Shown here piece by piece: positions 44,127 to 52,515 of a stretch of DNA of 52,515 bases. Below the pieces are notes generated by a model. That model had not been told where the DNA came from and made no database searches. It worked only from the letters and a program-made list of their open reading frames with translations. The position numbers and the translations under genes were made by a program. Source of the DNA: Pseudomonadota bacterium (GTDB lineage: Bacteria > Pseudomonadota > Alphaproteobacteria > Rhizobiales > Xanthobacteraceae). Numbering within the stretch: the stretch's first letter is position 1; each line of letters starts with the position of its first letter. The stretch spans positions 1 through 52,515 of the forward strand of contig JACQAE010000073.1 in the NCBI GenBank assembly GCA_016195095.1, in the 5' to 3' direction.

Positions 44127-44549
44127 TCAGCTGCGGTCCTTAATTTCATTCCCTGATCATGTCGCCGTCGGCATCATCGCGTGTGACACTGATGCGGTAC
44201 AGACTTTCCGCGATTCACAATTCCGCTTCAAGGGTTCGTCTAGCCGACATTCGCGCGTTGGACAACGGTTACAAATGCCAGGCCGGGCATTTGGCAATTC
44301 GCACGAATTGCGTTATTGGCCATCATTCGCGAGCGGAGAGCGTTTTAGGCCTTGGCTGCATGGCATTTGCGACCATACACGGTCATTATTGGCCTTTGCG
44401 CATCGCAGCTCGCCAAAAAATTGGTTGTGACGGGCGACCTATTGGGACGCCATGCCCCGCGTCCAGACATTGTTTGCATTCAAGCCCCGCCCGCCGAGAT
44501 CATCGCCGCGCTTGTTGAGCGCACGACACCGCGCCATTCGGAATGCGGC

Positions 44550-45656
44550 TCAACTCACGTCGATCGGTTGGTCAATCTCGTAATCGCGACCTGCCAGTCG
44601 ACCTAAATAATCCCAGTGCATTAACGGAGGAACTCCGTCGCCCGCTCGCTTAGCGGCAAGATTCGTATCGGTGAAAGGTTGACCGGTCCGTATTGGGGTG
44701 GCCGCAACCAAGCATCGCCGCGCAATCGCCCTGTTCGCGAGTTCTTCGGCAGCCGGCACCTTATGTCCGTTGCCCAAACCAGCCTCGATCTCCCGGATGC
44801 CGCGTACCATGGCACCCAAATCATCCCGTTCGATCGACGCGCGATGATCCGGACCTGGTAAGTTTCGATCGAGCGTGAAGTGTTTTTCGATGACTTGGGC
44901 GCCGAGCGCAACAGCCGCCATCGGAAAGTGTATTCCGTGCGTGTGATCGGAGAATCCAACTGGCACATTGAACGCGTGTCGCAGTGTCGTCATCGCGCGC
45001 AGATTGACGGATGAAGGCGGTGCCGGATATTCCGTCGTGCAATGCAGCAGCGTCACCTGTTCGTTGAGGATACGCCACACATCCGCATCGTTGAAAATCG
45101 AGGCAAGCGTCGCCGATCGGGGAAATTGATTGCTCGGTCGTGTGTATCCAAAGGCGATCACCGCCAGCGCCTGCTCCACCTCTGCCAGCGTCGACATGCC
45201 GGTGGAGAGGATGATCGGCAGTCCAAATCGCGCGAGATGCAATAACAGTGGCGCGTTGGTCAGGTCGCCGGAACCGACCTTCAGTGTCTTGACGCCGACG
45301 CGTTCCACGAGATGGTTGGCGCTTTCGGCGTCAAACGGCGTGGACATGAATGTTATGCCTGCGCGTTCGCACGCCTGAGCAATCGCGCATTCGTCGTCGG
45401 CGCTCAATTCGAGCGCGCGCAGCATCTCAAGCTGCGATTGTCCAGTGCCGGTCGTGGCCTCTTGGTAATTCGCCTTTGCGGCCGTGGCGGTTGCCAGTCG
45501 GTCGGCACGAAAGGATTGAAACTTCACGACGTCGGCGCCCGCGCTTGCGGCAGCGTCGACTAGCGCCAACGCACGCTCGCGGCTGCCATTGTGGTTCACG
45601 CCGGCTTCCGCAATGATCCAAGTGCGATTGTCCATGATGCTCGGCTTGGTTTTCAC
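44550..45656 (-). CDS. neuB: Nonulosonic acid synthase (N-acetylneuraminate/legionaminate/pseudaminate synthase family, with SAF domain)
   Basis: WIIAEAGVNHNGS, ...VKFQSF..., FSDHTHG and a C-terminal SAF-like domain (RCLVAATPIRTGQPFTDTNL). Confidence 0.88.
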   Translation of the reverse strand: MKTKPSIMDNRTWIIAEAGVNHNGSRERALALVDAAASAGADVVKFQSFRADRLATATAAKANYQEATTGTGQSQLEMLRALELSADDECAIAQACERAGITFMSTPFDAESANHLVERVGVKTLKVGSGDLTNAPLLLHLARFGLPIILSTGMSTLAEVEQALAVIAFGYTRPSNQFPRSATLASIFNDADVWRILNEQVTLLHCTTEYPAPPSSVNLRAMTTLRHAFNVPVGFSDHTHGIHFPMAAVALGAQVIEKHFTLDRNLPGPDHRASIERDDLGAMVRGIREIEAGLGNGHKVPAAEELANRAIARRCLVAATPIRTGQPFTDTNLAAKRAGDGVPPLMHWDYLGRLAGRDYEIDQPIDVS

Positions 45657-45664
45657 TGCCGTCG

Positions 45665-45855
45665 CTTCAAATTGAGATATCTTGCGCTTAGACTGGCGTT
45701 CCCTATCCGAAGTTCGCTTTACCCTGCGGCGCCACTTTGGCGAACTTCAGATCTAATAAGGACACGAGAAAACAACGATTTTCGTGGGGTTTCGATTGCG
45801 AAGTTCTCTTGGTGAACCAGAAGAGAGGTTTAAGGAGAATTTCGCAACCGCCACA
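45665..45855 (+). repeat. Structured intergenic element, copy B (paralog of 19635-19835)
   Basis: See copy A. It lies in the divergent neuB/neuA intergenic region and ends 126 bp upstream of the neuA-like ATG. Confidence 0.8.
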
Positions 45856-45980
45856 TTCGATGGTCGTCATAAAAGAGCGCCCTGCCAAATGCAACGCGGC
45901 CGCGCCGGCCGGGCGCAACGCGGTGAACGGTTGCGAGGCCCACGGTGCCGGCCCATGCCCGGTGCGGGACGAAAGCCACC

Positions 45981-46718
45981 ATGTTAGCGTCGTTGGAGAT
46001 ATTATTCCTTTTGGTCGGCCGCGCGGGATCAAAAGGCCTCCCGGGAAAGAATTTGCGCGAAATCAGCGGCTTAAGCCTTGTCGGCCACAAGGCTCGGTCG
46101 GCGCGCCGGGCACGCCATTGCGCGCGGCTGATCGTTTCCAGCGACAGCGCCGAGATTCAGGCCGAGGCTAGGCGTTTCGGCGCGGAAGTCCCGTTCACGC
46201 GGCCCGCCGAACTGGCAACCGATACGGCATCGTCCAGCGCCGTCGTTTTGCATGCCATGGATTGGATCGAAACCAATGAAGGGCGCGCTTACGACGCGAT
46301 CATGTTGCTGGAGCCGTCCTCGCCATTCGCGCGCGCGGACCATTATGACGCGGCGGTTGAATTATTCGCCGAAAAGCGGGCGGACCTCGTCGTCGGCGTT
46401 CGCGCGGTGGACGTTGCAAGCGCGTTCGTTGGAAAACTGGGCGCGGACGGATCGATCCGCGAGGCCGTTGAGAAAATCTTGCGGATCAAGGCGCTGCGCC
46501 GCCAGGACCAGGAGCTGGAAGTCACGATGAATGGCGCGCTTTATCTGATCGGCTGGCAGGCCATGCGCGAAAGCAGGCAGATCTATTCCAATCCCGCCAC
46601 GAGCTACGGCCTCCTGATGGACCGACTGCATTCGATCGAGATCGAGACGGAAGCCGACCTCGGCTATGCGACCTATGTCATCGATCAAGGCATGCTTGAT
46701 CCGCGGCCGTGGCGGTGA
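45981..46718 (+). CDS. neuA: CMP-nonulosonic acid synthetase (acylneuraminate cytidylyltransferase family)
   Basis: MLASLEILFLLVGRAGSKGLPGKNL matches the (P)ARxGSKG(I/L)PxKN loop. Start trimmed to the ATG at 45981. Confidence 0.82.
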   Translation: MLASLEILFLLVGRAGSKGLPGKNLREISGLSLVGHKARSARRARHCARLIVSSDSAEIQAEARRFGAEVPFTRPAELATDTASSSAVVLHAMDWIETNEGRAYDAIMLLEPSSPFARADHYDAAVELFAEKRADLVVGVRAVDVASAFVGKLGADGSIREAVEKILRIKALRRQDQELEVTMNGALYLIGWQAMRESRQIYSNPATSYGLLMDRLHSIEIETEADLGYATYVIDQGMLDPRPWR

Positions 46719-46726
46719 GGACGACA

Positions 46727-47893
46727 ATGCCGGCCGCCCGCCGCCGTATCGCCGTCGTCACCGGCTCGCGCGCCGATTACGGTCTGCTGCGCGAGGTGAT
46801 GCGGCGCTTGCGCGCGGCCGATGACGTCGACTTGCAGGTCGTCGTCTGCGGCATGCATCTGGCGCCGAAATTCGGCTCGACCTGGAGGGCAATCGAGGCC
46901 GACGGCTTCGCCATTTCCGCCAGGGTGGATTTTGACCTGGGTGAGGACAGTGCCGCCGCGGTCGCGCGCAGCACCGGCGTCGGAACGATCGGGTTCGCCG
47001 CGGCGCTGCCGGGACTCGCCCCCGATATTGTCGTCCTGCTCGGCGATCGCTACGAAATCGCGGCGGCCGCCGTGGCCGCGACGATACTGAATTACCCTAT
47101 CGCGCACATTCACGGCGGCGAGATCACCGCCGGCGCCTTCGACGACGCATTTCGCCATGCGATCACGAAAATGGCTTGCCTGCATTTTGTCGCCGCGGAA
47201 CCCTATCGGCAGCGCGTTATCCAGATGGGCGAAGACCCGGCTTGCGTGTTCAATGTCGGGGCGCCCGGCCTCGATCAGGCAAGCAGCGCGGCAGGGACCG
47301 GTCGCCAAGCGGCGCTCGACAGCCTAAAGGTCGCCGGCCCCTATCTGCTCGTCACGCTGCACCCCACGACCGCGCGGCCGGGAGCCGACGCGCCGACCGC
47401 CGCGGCGATGCTCGGTGCGCTGGCGCGCATCAAGGACCGCGCGATCGTCTTTACCGGCGTCAACGCCGATCCCGGTAACGGTGCGATCGAGGGTGCCATA
47501 CGCGATTTCGTCGATGCCCATGGCGATCGCGCGCGTTTGTTCACGTCGCTCGGCAGCGAGCGCTATTGGCTGGCGCTGTCGCACGCCGACGCGGTGATCG
47601 GCAATTCGTCGAGCGGCATCGTCGAGGCGCCGGCGGTCGCAACGCCGTCGGTGAATATCGGCGAACGCCAGCAAGGACGCCTGCGTGCGGCCTCGATCAT
47701 CGATTGCGCGATCGACGAGGCGGAGATTTTCGCCGCGGTGCGGCGGATTCTTGACGGCGGGTTCCGCCCCGATCCGTCGGTCGTGCCGCCCTATGGGCGC
47801 GGCGGCGCGTCAGCGCGGATCGCCGACATGCTGGCCCGAATCGACCTCAGTCGCGCCTTCCCCAAGCGTTTCCGCGACCTGCCGCGCGGCTGA
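46727..47893 (+). CDS. neuC: Hydrolysing nucleotide-sugar 2-epimerase (NeuC/LegG family)
   Basis: RRIAVVTGSRADYGLL, LGDRYE and HIHGGE. GAGGA lies upstream of the ATG at 46727. Confidence 0.85.
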   Translation: MPAARRRIAVVTGSRADYGLLREVMRRLRAADDVDLQVVVCGMHLAPKFGSTWRAIEADGFAISARVDFDLGEDSAAAVARSTGVGTIGFAAALPGLAPDIVVLLGDRYEIAAAAVAATILNYPIAHIHGGEITAGAFDDAFRHAITKMACLHFVAAEPYRQRVIQMGEDPACVFNVGAPGLDQASSAAGTGRQAALDSLKVAGPYLLVTLHPTTARPGADAPTAAAMLGALARIKDRAIVFTGVNADPGNGAIEGAIRDFVDAHGDRARLFTSLGSERYWLALSHADAVIGNSSSGIVEAPAVATPSVNIGERQQGRLRAASIIDCAIDEAEIFAAVRRILDGGFRPDPSVVPPYGRGGASARIADMLARIDLSRAFPKRFRDLPRG

Positions 47894-48217
47894 GCGCGCG
47901 GGCCACCGCGGTCGCGGGCCATTGGCTTTGCCAACGGTGCGTCGCTGCGGCGCCGATCCGGGGCGGCGAATTGACAAACATGACGTTGTATTGTTTCAAG
48001 GCGGCCACCACGCGATCCTGCGGATTTTCCAGGCTGCGGGACCGGTGTAACCGAAGACACTGGCGTTGTTCAGACCAAATTCTTCCGGGCCGGCACCTCG
48101 CGATGCTACGGGCAAAACGCAACTGGCAACCAGCCATGACGCCATGCGCGCCGGTGCCCATTTCGGTCGCGCGTCGCGTGGCAATCGCACGCCCAGACGC
48201 GCGGAGGGGAACGAAGC

Positions 48218-49177
48218 ATGACGCAGCCTTTGTTTGATCTTGCTGGCGCGCGGGTATTTGTTGCAGGTGACCGCGGGATGGTCGGCTCCGCCATCGTTCG
48301 CCGGCTGGCGTCGGAGAAATGCCGAATTCTCACGGCGGAGCGCGACCTTGTCGATCTGCGCCGCCAGGCGGCGGTTGACGATTGGTTTTCCAAGAACGAT
48401 CCGGATGTGCTGGTCATCGCCGCCGCGAAAGTTGGCGGCATTCATGCCAACAACACGATGCCGATCGAATTTCTCTATGACAACCTAATGATCGAGGCGA
48501 ACCTCATCCACGCCGCCGCCGCGGCCGGGGTCAGGAAGCTATTGTTCCTCGGCTCCTCTTGCATCTACCCCCGCGAGGCGCCGCAGCCGATGCGAGAGGA
48601 CGCCTTGCTCACAGGACCATTGGAGCCGACCAACGAGTGGTACGCCGTCGCCAAGATCGCCGGTATCAAGCTCGTGGAAGCCTATCGGCGGCAAAACGGC
48701 GCCGATTTCGTCTCCGTGATGCCGACCAATCTTTTCGGCCCGCGCGACAATTATCACTCAAAGCACAGCCATGTTCCGGCCGCGCTGATCCGGCGCTTTC
48801 ATGAGGCCATGGCGGCGCGCGCGCCGCATGTCGTGGTGTGGGGTAGCGGCGCGCCGCGGCGCGAATTCCTCTATGTCGATGACCTTGCGGACGCCTGTAT
48901 TTTTGTCCTCAAGAATTATTCGGGCGACGGGTTTCTCAATATCGGCACGGGCACGGACGTCACCATCGCCGAATTCGCGCGCTTGGTGGCGACCGCGACC
49001 GGATTTAAAGGCGAGATCGTGTTCGACACATCGCGACCGGACGGTGCGCCGCGCAAATTGCTCGACGTGTCGAAACTCCACGCGCTCGGCTGGCGACACA
49101 AGACCGAATTGCACGAGGCGTTGGCGCTCACCTACCGGGACTTTCTGGCGGGTGGCGGCCGCAACCAGGCCGAATAA
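48218..49177 (+). CDS. fcl: GDP-L-fucose synthase (GDP-4-keto-6-deoxymannose 3,5-epimerase/4-reductase)
   Basis: [33 protein letters not shown] and [15 protein letters not shown] lies upstream of the ATG. Confidence 0.88.
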   Translation: MTQPLFDLAGARVFVAGDRGMVGSAIVRRLASEKCRILTAERDLVDLRRQAAVDDWFSKNDPDVLVIAAAKVGGIHANNTMPIEFLYDNLMIEANLIHAAAAAGVRKLLFLGSSCIYPREAPQPMREDALLTGPLEPTNEWYAVAKIAGIKLVEAYRRQNGADFVSVMPTNLFGPRDNYHSKHSHVPAALIRRFHEAMAARAPHVVVWGSGAPRREFLYVDDLADACIFVLKNYSGDGFLNIGTGTDVTIAEFARLVATATGFKGEIVFDTSRPDGAPRKLLDVSKLHALGWRHKTELHEALALTYRDFLAGGGRNQAE

Positions 49178-49407
49178 GCGCCTGAATGCGCTGGCGCCGC
49201 TGCCTGTTCGCGCGCCCCTCGCCGCCCGAGGACGTGCATGCACGTGGCCCGCAGCGCACCGCGTCGCAACCCCGCCCGCAAGACCATGCCCAACGCACCC
49301 TATCGGTCGCCAGCGAGGGCATTATTCCGCTCTCTTGCCTTGCTCGGGGGCAAGGAGTAATTTCTCATTCCACCCTAAAACAGGCTCTGTTGCGGAGATT
49401 GGAACGT

Positions 49408-50565
49408 ATGACGAGCTTGGACCACGCTGCGGGCGCGTTACCTGCGGGCGCCGTGACCGCGGACAGCGCGGCCTTGCCGGTCCCGCCGTTCCGCGGCACG
49501 TCTCTGCCCGACATCGACTATGCGTCTCATCCCGCGTATGGTGGAACGTTCCAGCCGTCGACCGCGCGCGAGCGGCTGCAGGCGCTGGTGACTTTTCTGC
49601 GCAGCTTTGCCTTTGTGACGTTCCGGCGCATCGTCGATTACGACAATATGCCGTTGCTGAGCAAAGAGGTCGGTGGCGGACGCCTCACGCCGGCGATCGC
49701 CGCGCGTTACATGGTGATATTCCCGCGCTTGCGCATTGGCCGGATCTTGCGCTCCTTGCTTGGCCAGCGCCGTGCCGCGGTTCCGGCGAACCGGGCGCTA
49801 TGCGACCGGCTCTTCAGCGATGGCATCGCCTGTCTACGATTATCCGAGGAAGAGATCGAGGCGGTCCGACGCGTCACCGCGCCCGGATTTGCCAAACTCG
49901 ATCGGCGCCGCATGGAGATTTCGCTGGAGAAGCGCAAGTTCGACGACAACGTGTATTGGTGCACGCGATCGGCCGACCCGCAGGCGTTCGAAGCCATCGA
50001 GCGAATTTTCCGGCGGCATGGAATTACCGACGCCGCCAGCGCCTATCTTGGCCGCCCGGTCGGCGTGAAACATATCAATCCGCAGATCAACGAGGAAAAT
50101 TACGCATTTTGGAAACGGCTGTTCGCCGACACCAAGGTGCCCGATCCGTGGACGAGTTACCTGCACGTCGACGCCACCTACGGCATGCTCAAGGGTGCAA
50201 TCTATATTCATGACATCGGCCCCGACAACGGGCCGTTCTGCTACGTGCGCGCCAGCCATCGCGCCAAAGTGGGCGGGTTCGAAGGCCTGATCCGCCGCAC
50301 CAACGATTTCTGCGGCTTTTCCGGACGTCGCCCCGAGGCGCGCAGGAAGTTCATGGCGCTGCCGCGCGTGCTGCGCAAGAAGGCCGATTTCGGCGGCGAT
50401 GTGCTCGACAGCTCGCCTGACGCCACGTGTTTGAAGGAAGGCCATCTTGCGGTCACCTCGGATTACGGCAACTGCGTCGTGTTTGACGGGAAGGGCATCC
50501 ACCGCGGCGGCATGGTGAACAAGGGCGAGCGGCGCTGCGTCTTTATCGTTCTGGCGGAAATCTAG
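49408..50565 (+). CDS. Fe(II)/2-oxoglutarate dioxygenase, PhyH-like
   Basis: YLHVDATYG (HxD), IHDIGPDNGPFCYVRASHR (D...NGP....SH pattern of the PhyH family) and a distal GKGIHRGG. This frame was chosen over the overlapping 48801..50213 ORF, which has low-complexity Arg/Ala-rich content. Confidence 0.65.
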   Translation: MTSLDHAAGALPAGAVTADSAALPVPPFRGTSLPDIDYASHPAYGGTFQPSTARERLQALVTFLRSFAFVTFRRIVDYDNMPLLSKEVGGGRLTPAIAARYMVIFPRLRIGRILRSLLGQRRAAVPANRALCDRLFSDGIACLRLSEEEIEAVRRVTAPGFAKLDRRRMEISLEKRKFDDNVYWCTRSADPQAFEAIERIFRRHGITDAASAYLGRPVGVKHINPQINEENYAFWKRLFADTKVPDPWTSYLHVDATYGMLKGAIYIHDIGPDNGPFCYVRASHRAKVGGFEGLIRRTNDFCGFSGRRPEARRKFMALPRVLRKKADFGGDVLDSSPDATCLKEGHLAVTSDYGNCVVFDGKGIHRGGMVNKGERRCVFIVLAEI

Positions 50566-50736
50566 CACTCGATGCCGGCCGAATCGCGCGAAGCGGTTCG
50601 CGGGCGACATCATGCCGCGAATTTGGCAATCGGCCGCGTTCATGATTGCCGATCGATTCAACGCAAAGTCGTCGAGGTCCAGCGGGCGGCGATCGCGCAC
50701 GTGAGCGATCAAACTCCACCGCGCGGTTGCGGCGCG

Positions 50737-51534
50737 CTAGGCCCCCCGACCTTTGCGTGACGGCCGGTTGAGGTAGTCCGCCAGCTGCTCGGGGCCAAAA
50801 AAGGCCGCATGTTTTCGCAGAACGCCGTCCTTGCGAACGAGAGCAAGGTCAATTTGCGCCAGGGCACCGTCGAGCGATCGATTGTGGCCTTCCAATACGT
50901 CATAGACCGCGAACCCAGCCTCGTCGCAGTAGCGCACGATGTCGGCGAATTCCGGGATTGCATGGCGCAGCGGCAGCAGCGAGGTCTCGACAATCATTAG
51001 GTCGATCTCCGCGATGCGCCGGCCGAGCCCCTTGAGAACCTCAATCTCGGCCCCCTGGGTGTCGATCTTCAAGAGCACCGGACGGGCGATGTCCGCCGGC
51101 AACAGCGAGTCAAGCCGTCGCATCGGCGTTGGTCGCGCCTCCCCGTCCAACGCCGCCCCCTCGACCTGCGCAAAGAGGCTCGACCCGGAAATGTCATCAT
51201 GGACATTGAAGGTGACCTCGCCGTCCGTGGCGCCGGCTGCCACCAGGAAATATTCGGCGTTCAATCGCTGCTTGAGCTGATCCAGAACCGGCCGGCATTC
51301 GGCGACGGGCTCGACCAAATAATAGCGCGCGTGCGGCAATGACCGATAGAGGCCGGGCGTGCCGAAGGCGACGCCCACATCGATCACGGTCTGCACATTG
51401 AAATCGAGCGCCTTGAGATGGCGAAAAAAGATGGGAAAGCTGCGCGTCGGCGCGTCCAGTCGCTGTAGGCGCACGCCGAATGGCGCAAGCGCATGGTTGA
51501 TCCCGCGGAAGGCTGCTGAGATCAACGCGTTCAT
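50737..51534 (-). CDS. FkbM-family methyltransferase
   Basis: VIDVGVAFGTPGLY (SAM motif I) and LLKIDTQGAEIEVLKG (FkbM signature). Confidence 0.82.
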   Translation of the reverse strand: MNALISAAFRGINHALAPFGVRLQRLDAPTRSFPIFFRHLKALDFNVQTVIDVGVAFGTPGLYRSLPHARYYLVEPVAECRPVLDQLKQRLNAEYFLVAAGATDGEVTFNVHDDISGSSLFAQVEGAALDGEARPTPMRRLDSLLPADIARPVLLKIDTQGAEIEVLKGLGRRIAEIDLMIVETSLLPLRHAIPEFADIVRYCDEAGFAVYDVLEGHNRSLDGALAQIDLALVRKDGVLRKHAAFFGPEQLADYLNRPSRKGRGA

Positions 51535-51737
51535 GGATTATCCGTCGTGATTTTCGCGACTTCCGCGGCGGCACGCGGGGATACGACGCGCGGCCCGCGC
51601 CAGCTTGCGACACGTGTCCCGGTTTGGTAGAGCACCGGGCATAGGTGGTCAAGCCGTGCGCCGAACGGCGCCTTCGCGCTGGGCGCCGCGATCGCCCAAG
51701 ACCAAATTTTCCGCTGGCGCGATACCCGGGTATCGAC

Positions 51738-52515
51738 ATGAAGGTTCTGGTGACCGGAAGCGCCGGATTCATCGGCCAGGCCGTGGTTGACGCGCTGCGC
51801 GCGAAAGCATGGTCGGTCGCCGGCCTCGATCGCGCGGATGCCGCGGGCGGCACGGCGTGCGACTACAGGTGCGATCTCCTCGACGCGGATCGATTGACCC
51901 ATTGCGTGCGCGAATTCGCGCCGCACGCCATCGTGCATCTTGCCGCGCGCACCGATCTCGACGAAAAAACCAACCTCGCCGGCTACGCCGCGAATATCGA
52001 TGGCGTGGAGAACCTCATCGCGGCGGTTCGCGCCACGCCGTCGGTGCGGCGTGCGATCTGGACGTCGTCGCAGCTCGTCTGCAAGATCGGCTATGTTCCA
52101 CGCGATGACACGGACTACAATGCGGACACGCTTTATGGCCAAAGCAAGATCCGCACTGAGAGGATCGTGCGCGATAGCGACGGCGGCGGGCGCGAGTGGT
52201 GCCTGGCGCGCCCGACCACGGTCTGGGGACCGGGCATGAGCGCGCATTATAGGCGCTTTCTGCGCATGATCGAGCGTGGCTATTATTTTCACGTCGGCCG
52301 GGCACCGATTTGGAAGTCTTACAGCTATATTGGCAATATCGCGTTTCAGTACACGCGCCTCCTCGAGGCGCCGGTAGACCGGCTCCAGCGCAAGACGTTC
52401 TACCTCGCGGATTATGAGCCGATCGATCTGTTGGCTTGGTGCGATGCCCTTGGCCGCGCGTTTGGATCGCGCGCGATCCCGCATTTGCCGCGTGGCGTCG
52501 CCGCGGCCCTCGCCG
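51738..52515 (+). CDS. NAD-dependent epimerase/dehydratase (extended SDR), 3-prime partial at the window edge
   Basis: Own translation from the ATG at 51738: MKVLVTGSAGFIGQAVVDALRAKAWSVAGLD...YGQSKIRTERIV...FYLADYEPIDLL, open to the end of the window. It is absent from the ORF track because no stop is reached. The listed 51531..52484 minus ORF is its antisense shadow. Confidence 0.8.
   Translation, partial: MKVLVTGSAGFIGQAVVDALRAKAWSVAGLDRADAAGGTACDYRCDLLDADRLTHCVREFAPHAIVHLAARTDLDEKTNLAGYAANIDGVENLIAAVRATPSVRRAIWTSSQLVCKIGYVPRDDTDYNADTLYGQSKIRTERIVRDSDGGGREWCLARPTTVWGPGMSAHYRRFLRMIERGYYFHVGRAPIWKSYSYIGNIAFQYTRLLEAPVDRLQRKTFYLADYEPIDLLAWCDALGRAFGSRAIPHLPRGVAAALA

Noticed and set aside
44159-44518. 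119-aa plus-strand ORF in the neuB/carbamoyltransferase spacer
   Set aside because: It has no RBS and odd composition, and it runs opposite to the surrounding operon. It is probably non-coding.
47894-48217. Possible gene remnant between the neuC-like gene and fcl (minus-strand peptides such as ENPQDRVVAALKQYNVMFVNSPP and PEEFGLNNASVFGYTGP)
   Set aside because: The fragments are short and in different frames, and I cannot assign them to a family. No gmd-like motifs are present. BLASTX would be needed.
48801-50712. ORFs 48801-50213 (+, 470 aa) and 49840-50712 (-, 290 aa)
   Set aside because: The first overlaps the 3-prime end of fcl out of frame and is Arg/Pro/Ala-rich. The second is antisense. 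The 49408-50565 frame carries PhyH-type HxD and NGP..SH motifs and was preferred.
51531-52484. 317-aa minus-strand ORF
   Set aside because: It is Arg/Ala-rich with no motifs, and it lies exactly antisense to a plus-strand SDR gene with clear Rossmann and YxxxK motifs that runs off the window edge. This is a typical high-GC shadow ORF.

Overview
High-GC (about 60-65% by eye) proteobacterial DNA, probably an alphaproteobacterium of the Rhizobiales (taxon is inference only). It reads as five blocks. (1) 1-11.2 kb: a complete respiratory nitrate reductase module on the minus strand, narK(fused)-narG-narH-narJ-narI plus a PpiC-type PPIase. It has an FNR/FixK-type box upstream and is bracketed by an IS3 transposase remnant and a truncated LysR gene. 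(2) 11.3-19.7 kb: housekeeping or accessory genes, namely a CDF metal exporter, an Lrp regulator with ornithine aminotransferase and a guanidino-modifying enzyme, a DUF2189-like membrane protein, a Tat-signal periplasmic protein, a di-haem cytochrome c peroxidase and a Sel1-repeat protein. (3) 20.3-26.7 kb: a PaoABC-like Tat-exported molybdenum aldehyde/xanthine-family oxidoreductase in A-C-B order, followed by a beta-hydroxyacid-dehydrogenase-like gene, a b-type cytochrome and small unknown ORFs. (4) 27.2-52.5 kb: the most interesting part, a large compositionally mosaic surface-glycan locus. Its core is nonulosonic-acid biosynthesis (NeuB/NeuA/NeuC-like, PtmE-like CBS-nucleotidyltransferase, SDR). 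Around it sits an unusually dense set of tailoring enzymes: a WbuX/HisH/HisF acetamidino module, formyltransferase, CE4 deacetylase, SAM and FkbM methyltransferases, NodU/CmcH carbamoyltransferase, hexapeptide acyltransferase, class-III aminotransferase, PhyH-like dioxygenase, Fcl, GT4, a CapK-like ligase and a QueG/RdhA-like Fe-S protein. (5) Non-coding signals not explained by the genes: a roughly 200-bp three-hairpin element in two copies (19.6 kb and 45.7 kb), a 5 x 15-bp tandem repeat in a divergent promoter, 18-bp direct repeats upstream of the PtmE-like gene, and several palindromic elements. No rRNA, tRNA or CRISPR array was seen. Many long ORFs in the supplied track are antisense shadows typical of high-GC DNA and were rejected. 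All family assignments come from motif recognition by eye, not database searches.
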